From assembly GCA_043803105.1 (NCBI GenBank), contig JAZDKJ010000010.1, forward strand, positions 32,001 to 96,000: a stretch of DNA of 64,000 bases, written 5' to 3'. Both the position numbers and the translations under genes were made by a program. Within the stretch, counting starts at the first letter, position 1; every line of letters starts with the position of its first letter. Below are positions 1 to 9,313 of this stretch, piece after piece. Origin of the DNA: Candidatus Woesearchaeota archaeon. GTDB lineage: Archaea > Nanobdellota > Nanobdellia > Woesearchaeales > JAZDKJ01. Under the pieces are notes generated by a model that had not been told where the DNA came from, searched no databases, and saw only the letters and a list, made by a program, of their open reading frames with translations.

Positions 1-3000
1 TACCAGCAGGGCAATCCTTTCTATTCACCATCATGCCTCCGTAATTCAAATCAACATTTATGGGGTACAATTCAGTGTATTTCACCACAAAATTACCATT
101 GCAGTAACCCTTGTTCGCTGCTAATTGTGATATTACCTTGGGCTTTGTACTGTCAACAAATAATTCTATTGTGGTGTTGATTATATTGTCATTTGAGAAT
201 ATACTCACCTTATGATACCCATCAGTGAATTTGGTTTCCTGCTTCCTCGTAAAACCATATTGATTGCATTTGCTACACAAGGTGCGTGCAATTGGCTTGA
301 CTTCACTATAGTCTATGTACTTCAGAGTCTGCACCGACTGAATAAGGGATAGGTTCATTCTGACAGAACTGTAGCTGTAATTCATTCTTTTTGGCGAATA
401 GACTGTAAAGGTCTTTGGGCAGTCTTTGCCATCGCAATTCTGATCTATGCCATCACCGCACACTTCAGGTTGTGGGAACATCGCGGAGCAGTTCACAAAA
501 TTGCCGTTGTTGTCGCATTTTTCAATTCCAAAAGTGCATATACCAATGTTGGAAGCACCACATTGTCTTGTGATGAGCTCGCTTCCATCTAGTACTCCGT
601 CGCAATCGTCGTCCAGGCCATTACAAATCTCGTTGTGTGCTAGTTTTGTTGTTGAGCACTCATTCCATTGCCCCCAGTTGCCGTTTTGGCATATCCTCAT
701 TTGACTGCCACCGACGCATATGCCTACGCCGCAAGCCTGTGTTTGATTTAGGCCATTGTCTATCCGACCATCGCAGTCATTGTCTTTGCCATCACATACC
801 TCTGGAGATGGGACACATCCTTTGTCTATTGTCAGAGTGATTGGGTAAGCTACCGATAGAGTCCGATAAAGTCTTCTATCGCTAAACTTACCTTCCCACC
901 AGCCTCCATTGAGGAATAATGTGGCAAATTTGTCTCCCAACGACAAGTTTCGGGGAACGTTGAGAGTCAAAAGCATTTTGTCCGTTCCTCTGAAATAACT
1001 GGTGGGCTCTTGGACTTGCGCCCAGTCCCAATTTACCATATCCAAGAGAGATAGCTCGATTTCAAAAGGGTACTGGTCATAATAAAATCCTTGCCCAAGG
1101 ACAACGATGGTCCAAGTTCCCGCAGTTGCTGTGGCAGGAATAGGGCTGTATCCTAGTAGGCTGTTACTGTAATAATTGCCGCTATAACCAATCTGAACTC
1201 CGTTAGCATCATAAATATAAGCCTCGATGCTGTCTAACAATGCATCGCCTTGTGAAGAGATTTTGCTCTTAAGATAGTTTGCCCCATTTACATATGACTC
1301 TGGGATTTCGAAGTTGTAATATCTGTAAGAGTAGATAAACGGTCCAGCCTTATCGTTGTCTAGAGCCGAGTTGGGTACAACACTTATTGGGGTTTCCCGC
1401 CAAATGCTCTTCTCAATAGACACATCGAGGTCATAATTAAGCATGTTGGTTATGTTTATTATCTGAGTTGTCTGTTGTCCCTGCTCCAGATTTAACCAAA
1501 TTCCGTTCGGGTTGAATAGTATGCTGGGAATTGTCACATCCCCTCTGAAGATTATCCCATCCAAGGGTGTGTATTCAGACTGGATAACTACTGTCCACTG
1601 CCCAGCCGCAGGGGCACTAACAAAAGCCCATTCAAAAGGGCCGTCATAGTCATAGGAGCTGTAGAGGCTCCCCGTAGGGTCATACAAAAACATCCGTATG
1701 TCAGTCCCATACGTTGCTTCAGTTTGGGTCCACCAATCAGCAGATATATAGAAATATGGTACCTTATCAGTTATTGTGAATGAGTATGCTCTTCTTTCCA
1801 GATTGCTGCAGAAGGAACCATCAAATGACGCATAAGACTCAGTGGAACTCCCAGAACTGCTCCAACCACCACTACTACCTCCGCCTGAGCATGGATTTGA
1901 TATGAAAGAGTGTCTCATCTCACCGGTGAAGTTTATTTCATCAGAAATTATTATTGAAACTGGAATCATGGAATATGTCCAATTACCATAGTTTTGATAA
2001 TCCTTCAAGAAGAGCTTTCCTGCATAAAGACCCGTCTCTTCTGTATTGGGATTTATTGTGAGAAGTCCAGCATTACGATCATATGAAAACCAATCCCAAC
2101 TTAGCTGGTTCTTCAAGTTCATCGAACCTTGGACTGCAATCGGTTGTGGCACATTCCATGGATAGACAAAAAGACTGTAACTTCCTGGTGTGGGATTGTT
2201 CAGTGTTATTTTTTCAAAATCTGTCCATCCGGCACCCGAATAGTAATAATATCCTGAAGGATCTCTAAGTCTCATATCAACATCATTTGCCTTATCCACC
2301 CAGCTGATATTTACGCTAAGTTCAAGAGTATTTGCTGGCACCGTAAAATTGTAATAGAATCCATTTGTCCTGTCTACAATCCCACTAAATGTATCATGTT
2401 CTTCATTCAAATCATTCTCGTAAGCACTTATTGTAGTCTGGTAAGATTGCTGAGTCTTAAGATTGACTGTTTTAGTCTGTTTCCCATTCATAATCAAATT
2501 CAGTTCAGAAGGCGAAACACGGGGATTCCAGATGCTATAGTAGGCATTTTCCACATTAATAATTCCAGCCCCTTCCCTGAAGATACTTACACCCATCAAA
2601 TCAGTTGCAGTACTCATTAATATCTCTTTTACCTGTTTTGGGGTCAAAGAAGGAAAAGCCTGTTTGAGTAACGCTACCGCCCCTGCCACATGAGGGGTGG
2701 CCATTGAAGTTCCACTCAATGAGATGTATCCATCTAGTGGAGAATAGCCTAACATTGTGTTTCTTGCTTGAGGGGCAATAATTCCGTCTCCAGGAGCAAG
2801 CATATCTGGCTTTATTCTGCCATCTGAGGTAGGACCTTGGCTGCTAAAATCGGCAACCTGAGCATTATAAGGGTATTTTTTGGTACTTGCACCAACTGTT
2901 ATGATCTTATCAGCACACCCAGGAGACGCCACAGTCTCTCTTCCCCAATAACCTGAATTTCCTGCAGCGACAACTACAGTCACATTCATATCATATGCTT

Positions 3001-4672
3001 TCTCCACTGCCTGGGCGATTGGATCATTTCCGTCGCAAATATTTTGGGGACCCCCTAGGCTCATAGAGATAACAGTTGCTTTGTTTAGAACAGCCCATTC
3101 AATTCCAGCAATAATGCTTGAATCGTAGCCATAGCCCTGGTCTGACAGGACTTTGCCATTCAGTAATTTTGCGCCTGGAGCAACTCCTCGCATGTAATCC
3201 GGTGTGTCATCACCATTAAAGTCCATAATGATCTCCAGAGAGTTGAAGTTTGAAGACAAGTTGTACACCATTTTTGGAGAAACATAATGGTAACAGTAAC
3301 CCCATGTATAACAGCTCCTTTGCGCCTTCTTGATATGATATCCATTTGAAGCAATGTATTGGTCTTCTTTGGTATTGAAATTCCCATCTTCATCAAAAAA
3401 GACCACTGGTGGAGTTGGACCTTGCCACTTATATTTGAATTTAACAGAATTCTGACCTATTTTACTAATTTTCATCATTACAAGATTAGTTTTGCTCGTG
3501 TAAACACAATATGTATGATTGACTACAACAGCTGCTGAGGAATTATAGATCTGCCAGTCATATTGAGGACAATTGGTTGAGTCAATGTTGGCGACACCCA
3601 AGTCAAGCAAAGAATGCCACCAGTATCCTGAATAAAACTTTTTGCTTAGATTGTCATATAAAAAATCAGTGGTCCTCCAGTCAGAATCAATGTTATTTGT
3701 CTCAAAATCAAAATAGTTATCAGGCCAAGTCCCATTCAAAAAGGCCTCTCCAACTGAGGGAATGTTTCCAACGACGAGGATATAATAATCCTTGGAACTA
3801 GCGCCTTCCTCAAGTTGCAGCTTCTCCTTCCCGACATGATAAGTGTTCGGAGGGTAAGGAAGGTTTGACAAGGCGGATGTATCTGTGGAAGAAGTTTGCG
3901 TGGACTTTATGGACGCAGCGCCAGTCCCTGCGGCAATTCCTGCACAATGCGTCCCGTGACCAAAGCCATCATCTGTTTTCAATTCATTGTCAAACAGTGT
4001 GAAATCTCTCTTGGCAACAACTTTGCCGGCTAAATCAGGGTGGGTGTCATCGATTCCCGTGTCCAGTATCGCAATCGTTGTTCCTGTTCCGTCAAATCCA
4101 ACATTCCATACGTAGGGTGCTCCAATATACGTAGTGCTTTCATTAAGGAAGGGAAAACTCTTGTTCTCGAATGACAGGGGTTTGATTGAATTTACGTCGC
4201 TCTGATAATTTTCATAAATAGTTTGCTCATATGATGCGTTCTGCGGCTCAAGCTGAATTTTTCTATCCAAATACACATTCTTCACGTGCTCATTCAGGCC
4301 TAATGATTCCATGTTGCTTGCAGGAACATCCGCTGCAATGGCGTCAATCAATTCATAGGAGAACTTGATGCTGGCTCCATTCTGCTTTAGAAAGGAAGAC
4401 AGTTCTTGGCTATCTGCTCTTGAATACATAGTTATGATCACTGGAACCTTATTCTGTGGCACTGTTTGGATGGTCATTGGAGATCTTCCTAGTGGCACTG
4501 GCGCTCTTGTTATGTTCTGCACATAGGAAATAAGCGCAGGATCAAATTTGCTCTTTGAGTTTCTTGTTGGTAACGAATTGTCAGCGAGAACACACGAACA
4601 TGCAACAAGAATCAGCAAACCGAGAATCCACAAACTTCCGTGTTTCAGACCAGCCTTCTTTTTCATATTCAT
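1..4672 (-). CDS. Large secreted S8 (subtilisin-like) serine protease with C-terminal accessory and Cys/Asp-rich metal-binding repeats; 3' end outside the window
   Basis: Absent from the ORF track because it is open at the left edge. Manual translation of several segments from ATG 4672 (or 4666): signal peptide MKKKAGLKHGSLWILGLLILVAC, then IAILDTGID, GHGTHCAGIAAG, GVAPGAKLLNGKVL, AAGNSG, GTSMATPHVAG. Near 420-810: EVCDGKDNDCDG / EICNGLDDDCDG / EVCGDGIDQNCDG repeats. Confidence 0.9.
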   Translation of the reverse strand, partial: MNMKKKAGLKHGSLWILGLLILVACSCVLADNSLPTRNSKSKFDPALISYVQNITRAPVPLGRSPMTIQTVPQNKVPVIITMYSRADSQELSSFLKQNGASIKFSYELIDAIAADVPASNMESLGLNEHVKNVYLDRKIQLEPQNASYEQTIYENYQSDVNSIKPLSFENKSFPFLNESTTYIGAPYVWNVGFDGTGTTIAILDTGIDDTHPDLAGKVVAKRDFTLFDNELKTDDGFGHGTHCAGIAAGTGAASIKSTQTSSTDTSALSNLPYPPNTYHVGKEKLQLEEGASSKDYYILVVGNIPSVGEAFLNGTWPDNYFDFETNNIDSDWRTTDFLYDNLSKKFYSGYWWHSLLDLGVANIDSTNCPQYDWQIYNSSAAVVVNHTYCVYTSKTNLVMMKISKIGQNSVKFKYKWQGPTPPVVFFDEDGNFNTKEDQYIASNGYHIKKAQRSCYTWGYCYHYVSPKMVYNLSSNFNSLEIIMDFNGDDTPDYMRGVAPGAKLLNGKVLSDQGYGYDSSIIAGIEWAVLNKATVISMSLGGPQNICDGNDPIAQAVEKAYDMNVTVVVAAGNSGYWGRETVASPGCADKIITVGASTKKYPYNAQVADFSSQGPTSDGRIKPDMLAPGDGIIAPQARNTMLGYSPLDGYISLSGTSMATPHVAGAVALLKQAFPSLTPKQVKEILMSTATDLMGVSIFREGAGIINVENAYYSIWNPRVSPSELNLIMNGKQTKTVNLKTQQSYQTTISAYENDLNEEHDTFSGIVDRTNGFYYNFTVPANTLELSVNISWVDKANDVDMRLRDPSGYYYYSGAGWTDFEKITLNNPTPGSYSLFVYPWNVPQPIAVQGSMNLKNQLSWDWFSYDRNAGLLTINPNTEETGLYAGKLFLKDYQNYGNWTYSMIPVSIIISDEINFTGEMRHSFISNPCSGGGSSGGWSSSGSSTESYASFDGSFCSNLERRAYSFTITDKVPYFYISADWWTQTEATYGTDIRMFLYDPTGSLYSSYDYDGPFEWAFVSAPAAGQWTVVIQSEYTPLDGIIFRGDVTIPSILFNPNGIWLNLEQGQQTTQIINITNMLNYDLDVSIEKSIWRETPISVVPNSALDNDKAGPFIYSYRYYNFEIPESYVNGANYLKSKISSQGDALLDSIEAYIYDANGVQIGYSGNYYSNSLLGYSPIPATATAGTWTIVVLGQGFYYDQYPFEIELSLLDMVNWDWAQVQEPTSYFRGTDKMLLTLNVPRNLSLGDKFATLFLNGGWWEGKFSDRRLYRTLSVAYPITLTIDKGCVPSPEVCDGKDNDCDGRIDNGLNQTQACGVGICVGGSQMRICQNGNWGQWNECSTTKLAHNEICNGLDDDCDGVLDGSELITRQCGASNIGICTFGIEKCDNNGNFVNCSAMFPQPEVCGDGIDQNCDGKDCPKTFTVYSPKRMNYSYSSVRMNLSLIQSVQTLKYIDYSEVKPIARTLCSKCNQYGFTRKQETKFTDGYHKVSIFSNDNIINTTIELFVDSTKPKVISQLAANKGYCNGNFVVKYTELYPINVDLNYGGMMVNRKDCPAG

Positions 4673-4987
4673 CCCCCAGTGTGTAATAATTTGCCCTAAT
4701 GTTCAATTTGTTTCAATGACAACATAAATAATATCAAGTTTCAAACGGAAAGGTACCAAATGAGAAATGATTATTGTCTTTGTAAGTAAAGTAATAAGAT
4801 GGTATAGAACCCATAATTCTCTTTTTCACTACACTACCCCCGAGTGATGTTCTTTAGCCATACTATTTAATTTTATCGCAAAATATGTTGCCTACAAGCG
4901 GAGACGAATTTATGTTGGCTGGCCACAACCTGGCGACTAACTTTGGGGAATCTCCTGGATTGTTGACACATTTTCCGAATGTCACAG

Positions 4988-5269
4988 TCACTTTATCGAT
5001 CCCGTCAGTATCGGCCTCAGCTGTTGGTATGCAGCAGGGTATTTGTCTTTCAGCTCCGGCCTCCGTCTCAGCTGATACAACACCAAGTTCCTCTCGAAGG
5101 CTACCTGGAACTGCCTGTCGTTCTGTGTTGCCTGTAGCATGAAGTCCAAAAAGTCATGGATCCCATCGAGACCAGCGCCTGTGTGCCAGGTTATGCCAGA
5201 GGTTACATCTTGCCAAAAGGCTTCACTTTCTGCTTTTGATCCTTGTGCTTTCCTTATTTTCACTTTCAA
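4988..5269 (-). CDS. Hypothetical protein
   Basis: 93-aa ORF with a GGGGTGA SD-like motif upstream; no recognisable motif. Confidence 0.5.
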   Translation of the reverse strand: MKVKIRKAQGSKAESEAFWQDVTSGITWHTGAGLDGIHDFLDFMLQATQNDRQFQVAFERNLVLYQLRRRPELKDKYPAAYQQLRPILTGSIK

Positions 5270-5539
5270 TCACCCCAAATCGCAACGTCTTTTCTTGTTC
5301 GTCTTGTCAGTTTTACTATTTCGTCTTCTCAAATCTTTCACATAACTGACCATCAACATTGCCAGAAAACCGTCCAATTTGGCCTATTTGCTTGGCGGCG
5401 ACAATGGAAAAGGTGGAAGTAAACACTTTAAACAGTTCTCTTCCTTGGTTTTACCAACTGGGCATTCTTGCCCGCATGATTCAGTAGGGCAATCATAATT
5501 TTTGGTAATCTTTTAATAAAACATAGCATTACTCCTAGT

Positions 5540-6055
5540 ATGCCAAGCATAACTTTAGTCCAAAACAGAATAGCTAACACATCGGTTGGACCTTCTACAG
5601 TGAGAGGGCAGCCAAAGAATACTGTTGCCACAGCTCGTAAATATCTTGCAGGTATTAATTTACAGGAATTTACTAGCCTAAGAAGCGAACTTGACTTCCG
5701 GAAATTGTTAGATGACCACACTCTTAAACTCTCGGAAAAGCTCCCTTGGGGATTTGCCAGGAAGGTTATCAATATTTTCTTGTTTGAAGCAGTGCACAAT
5801 ATTCTAATTGACAGGCAATATGAACTGCAAAAAATTAGCACCTGGTTAGAAGTGCCACTTGACAACCCTAACGCTAAAAAATTGAAACGCTACGCAAGAA
5901 CTCACAGAATATATCTTGAGTGGACCAATATACAATCTCTTAAACCAGAGGTAAATGCCAAATTTCAGGTAATAGCAAAATCTTGTGCCCAAACAGAATA
6001 TCAAGATGAAAGATGTTATTTAGACCTTCATTGGTGGCGTCCTATCGAAAAGTAA
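5540..6055 (+). CDS. Hypothetical protein, possibly HhH/DNA-glycosylase-like (G-x-A-x-K-x-x-N ... V-P-L-D motif)
   Basis: 171-aa ORF with a TATA-like TTTTAATA upstream; motif PWGFARKVINIFL...LEVPLD. Confidence 0.6.
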   Translation: MPSITLVQNRIANTSVGPSTVRGQPKNTVATARKYLAGINLQEFTSLRSELDFRKLLDDHTLKLSEKLPWGFARKVINIFLFEAVHNILIDRQYELQKISTWLEVPLDNPNAKKLKRYARTHRIYLEWTNIQSLKPEVNAKFQVIAKSCAQTEYQDERCYLDLHWWRPIEK

Positions 6056-6073
6056 ATAATTATTGGAACCAAT

Positions 6074-6931
6074 TCATCTTGAGTAAGCCAGGACCCATTC
6101 AACTTTCTTTTCTTCAGTTGGGCCAAGGTCAATCATTTTTTCGCCTGAGATAAAGTATGTATGATCAGATTTCTCTTGGTATTTTTTGGATTTGTCATAA
6201 TAGTCAGCGCTGCAAACCATCATCTTTGATACGAATAGTAGCTTGAAGTACTTCAGTTCTGGGTAAGAGAAAAGATTTGTTATTGACTTGAGGTTTAATG
6301 ATTCCACAGGACAGTCAGGGTCTGAAGAAATGCAGCTCAATACACAGGCTCTTGGCCTCAAGCGAATCAAGAATTGTCTCAATTTATGCAAATCATCAGT
6401 ACTGAAAGTTCTCTCGTTATATTCCTTTCCACATAAAGCGGCTATCCTCAAGAAATATGTACCCCACCAGTCAGCATGTACTTGGTATGCAATCTCGCCA
6501 GGCACATATAACCTCTGGCTTCTTAGGATCTGCTTGGTAATCGGAAAATTATCAAGGATTACATCCTCGCTGGATACCTTGAAGTGCTCTGCCAGGAAAT
6601 TTGTTGTCATAATCTTGCCTTGGCCTTTGTAATACCATGGTGCCACAAAGTTCTCTGCTGCAATCTGCTGTATGTACTCTCCTGCCTTTGAATCTTTGAA
6701 AGGTCCAACATCCATTGCTTCAGGCTCAGGCCTATCCCCCATGTTCGGGTTGAGTACAAGCATTCCTCTCTGGCACAGGTATTTGAGATATTGAGGGTCA
6801 AAGAAATCGCCATCATAAGTTACCCATCCCTTGAGTTTTAGACCGTGCTCTTTAGTATAGGTGTCTGCCAACTGCAGTACCTCCTGCACTTTTTCAATAT
6901 TTGTCTTAGGTATCACGGGTGTCTTGTTCAT
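6074..6931 (-). CDS. Hypothetical protein (last gene of leftward operon)
   Basis: 285-aa ORF whose start overlaps the stop of the upstream ORF (ATGA coupling). Confidence 0.7.
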   Translation of the reverse strand: MNKTPVIPKTNIEKVQEVLQLADTYTKEHGLKLKGWVTYDGDFFDPQYLKYLCQRGMLVLNPNMGDRPEPEAMDVGPFKDSKAGEYIQQIAAENFVAPWYYKGQGKIMTTNFLAEHFKVSSEDVILDNFPITKQILRSQRLYVPGEIAYQVHADWWGTYFLRIAALCGKEYNERTFSTDDLHKLRQFLIRLRPRACVLSCISSDPDCPVESLNLKSITNLFSYPELKYFKLLFVSKMMVCSADYYDKSKKYQEKSDHTYFISGEKMIDLGPTEEKKVEWVLAYSR

Positions 6932-7125
6932 CTTTTATGTTCCAATCTCTTTTGTTTGATCTGTTCCAAAAGCATTAGCATTTCTTGCTCAGTTATCCCA
7001 GCTTCTTTCATCTTTCTTTCCAGGATATTTCCTTTATTTGTGATTCTCATGGCTGTTCCATCTGCTCCTAAATATTCTGCTGTATCTGAATTATCCCCCC
7101 ACATTATGACCACTTTTTCATTCAA
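6928..7125 (-). CDS. Small hypothetical protein
   Basis: 65-aa ORF coupled to the next gene; GGAGGTGG lies ~25 nt upstream, so the start is uncertain. Confidence 0.5.
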   Translation of the reverse strand: MNEKVVIMWGDNSDTAEYLGADGTAMRITNKGNILERKMKEAGITEQEMLMLLEQIKQKRLEHKR

Positions 7126-7160
7126 TATTTTTGTCCAGTCGATTGCGATAGTTCCACCTC

Positions 7161-7817
7161 CTATTTTATTCCGGTCTTTTGCCTGATATGTCCTCTTGTA
7201 ACAACCTTCGTCTTGCTTGTTACCTGGTCACGCACAAGCCTGTAATCAGGATTTTTGTATTTGTGTTCAAACAAGATGACCTGGTAAGGCAATTTTTCCA
7301 GAACCTGGTAGATTTGCATTCTCAACTTTGGTTCAAAACGGTCTAGGATACAATCTAGAACTAAAGGGTCTTTGACTTTAAGATAGTGTCTCAAAGCCAG
7401 GAATTTAGCAAAATCACCAATAAAACGTTCAGATCTTTGCAAATGCTGGTTACGAGAAGAATAGTTCATTAATTCATTCACAGTTTTGGGAAAATAAGCA
7501 CCAATATGCCTGTCGCATATACTAAACAATTGTTCGAACTGTTTTTCTGTCCAATCTTCCATTAGGTGGTTTTCTCCAAAGGTATCCAAAAAATATTCAT
7601 TGGCAAACATCAGGTCAAAATGGCCTTTGTTAACTTTGCCTAAAATAGACAGTTTGTAGCCTACTGGTTTTACACCCACCCCAATCTTAAGCATATTGAA
7701 TAAGATGGTCTTGCCTGTTCCGTTGTCTCCAACAATTACAGTAAGACTTTTATTGAAGACTATCTTCTCCTTGGAGAAGAGCTTATTCTCAACTATCTCA
7801 ATGCTTTTGAACCTCAT
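7161..7817 (-). CDS. Minimal ABC/SMC-Rad50-head-like ATPase without coiled coil
   Basis: Start MRFKSIEIVEN (SMC-like N-terminus), Walker A IVGDNGTGKT, degenerate signature LQRSER, Walker B-like PLVLDC, H-loop QVILFEH. Confidence 0.7.
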   Translation of the reverse strand: MRFKSIEIVENKLFSKEKIVFNKSLTVIVGDNGTGKTILFNMLKIGVGVKPVGYKLSILGKVNKGHFDLMFANEYFLDTFGENHLMEDWTEKQFEQLFSICDRHIGAYFPKTVNELMNYSSRNQHLQRSERFIGDFAKFLALRHYLKVKDPLVLDCILDRFEPKLRMQIYQVLEKLPYQVILFEHKYKNPDYRLVRDQVTSKTKVVTRGHIRQKTGIK

Positions 7818-8305
7818 TCTATTGCAACTCCCGCTAGATCCCATTTCAAAGGGGTGTGAAAGATTGTCCTTGCTTCTTGTGGCAACACTTTTTCAAATTT
7901 GTATCTGTCCCGTAATCTGTATTCAATGAAACAAATCTTTGCAATGGATTCAATTCCCCATGGTTCAGGATAATCAGAATCCAATAAAAGGTGAAATTCT
8001 CTAAATGTTTCATCAGGTTCAAGGTCATATTCCCTTACAGCCCATCGCAGGAATGAGCGAATAAGAGCCAATTTGCTGATGAGAGTCATGGAGTCTATGT
8101 TGCCGCCTTCTGGAATGCAATCAACATCAAACCATCCAAACTCGTTCTCTACTTCACTAATTATAACCTTCCAATCTTCCAGGTCTTTGGCAAGGTTTTG
8201 AAAATCGTCTTGCACTCTATCAAGCTCATGAGAGGCTACCCGTAATCCAACACGGATCTTAAGCCATTCATGCGTGTAAACCTGTTTCAAATTGGATAAA
8301 GTCAT
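7814..8305 (-). CDS. Hypothetical protein
   Basis: 163-aa ORF abutting both neighbours in the operon. Confidence 0.65.
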   Translation of the reverse strand: MTLSNLKQVYTHEWLKIRVGLRVASHELDRVQDDFQNLAKDLEDWKVIISEVENEFGWFDVDCIPEGGNIDSMTLISKLALIRSFLRWAVREYDLEPDETFREFHLLLDSDYPEPWGIESIAKICFIEYRLRDRYKFEKVLPQEARTIFHTPLKWDLAGVAIE

Positions 8306-8306
8306 T

Positions 8307-8516
8307 TTACTCTTCTTTGTGATAGGGTTTTACCTTTAGCGGAATCGGCTTGCCAAACCCTTTGATGGTTCCGTCCTTGTTACGATAGATTTTTCGTCGA
8401 GTTGCTACAAATCCATCAAACACTCCTCTTTCTCCTTCAAGCTTGGTTATTCTCTTTTCTTGGTTTTCAAGCCTCTTTCCAATGTTTTTCAGTCTAGATT
8501 CAACGTCCATTTTCAT
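8307..8516 (-). CDS. Small coiled-coil protein
   Basis: Likely start ATG 8516 (MKMDVESRLKNI...) overlaps the upstream TGA. Confidence 0.55.
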   Translation of the reverse strand: MKMDVESRLKNIGKRLENQEKRITKLEGERGVFDGFVATRRKIYRNKDGTIKGFGKPIPLKVKPYHKEE

Positions 8517-8881
8517 GGCTTCCCACCTGCCTTCAGCCATTCTTTTTTGGCCTGCTGTTCCTCTTCCTTCCACTTCTGTTGAAGCTTTTGGTGTTCTTCC
8601 TTTTCCTTCTTTTCCTTGTCTTTCCAAGATTGCATAAATTTCTCATAGCCATTCGGATCCAGTTCTTGGTAAATCTTTTTCAGCATGGGCTGCCTTCCCT
8701 CCCCAAGGGCAATGCACATATAGCTGCCTGCGAGGCCAAGTGGTTTGCCAAGAGCGAATCGCTCACACTTAATCAGAGAGTCTATTTCAGAACGCCTTTT
8801 CCAGCCGGTTTTCTTCAGTTTGTCACGGATAAACTTGGATTTTATGTTTGTGTACATTTTAGGCTCCCTCATCTGTGTCAC
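8513..8881 (-). CDS. Hypothetical protein with charged helical C-terminus
   Basis: 122-aa ORF in a tightly packed operon. Confidence 0.6.
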   Translation of the reverse strand: MTQMREPKMYTNIKSKFIRDKLKKTGWKRRSEIDSLIKCERFALGKPLGLAGSYMCIALGEGRQPMLKKIYQELDPNGYEKFMQSWKDKEKKEKEEHQKLQQKWKEEEQQAKKEWLKAGGKP

Positions 8882-9100
8882 CTACAAACCAACCAGCTTT
8901 CGCTTTTCTTTCTCACTAAGCCTCTTTTCTTTCCAAGTGATTCTTCCTTTGGCATCCTTGATTGGGGTGCTGATACAGAAGTCATCTCCGTACTTCTTAA
9001 CATTCCTGTCAATGTAATCAACCTTGTCTTCAAGCTTTTCCAACCTAATACTAATTATGGCCAATTCTTTCTTCAAGTCCAGCAACATATCTTTTTTCAT
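8882..9100 (-). CDS. Small coiled-coil protein
   Basis: 72-aa ORF with an ATGA overlap to the upstream gene. Confidence 0.55.
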   Translation of the reverse strand: MKKDMLLDLKKELAIISIRLEKLEDKVDYIDRNVKKYGDDFCISTPIKDAKGRITWKEKRLSEKEKRKLVGL

Positions 9101-9309
9101 TTTTTCTTGGCTTTTGCAATTGCAATACTACTTTCATTTATTTTACATTCACATTGTTGTATTTCACCATTAATCCTTTCCAAGTCATATTGGATTTTAC
9201 AGCGCTCTTTTTCCAGTTCCATGCGCCTGCATTGCAGCTCCTTGAGCCTATTCATATTCACGTCTTTTAGCATCGCCATTTCTTTCAATTGTTTTTCAGA
9301 TTTTTTCAT
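9097..9309 (-). CDS. Small coiled-coil protein
   Basis: Likely start ATG 9309 (MKKSEKQLKEM...) just after the AAA gene stop; heptad pattern. Confidence 0.55.
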   Translation of the reverse strand: MKKSEKQLKEMAMLKDVNMNRLKELQCRRMELEKERCKIQYDLERINGEIQQCECKINESSIAIAKAKKK

Positions 9310-9313
9310 TTTT

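Noticed and set aside
447-3801. Short ORFs listed in the first 4 kb
   Set aside because: They are antisense or out-of-frame shadows of the long minus-strand S8 protease.
4880-4990. Left attachment site matching the 32578-32645 repeat or the tRNA
   Set aside because: Only a short gapped similarity (CACAACCTGGCG vs CACAGCCTCGGCG); no tRNA fragment and no integrase.
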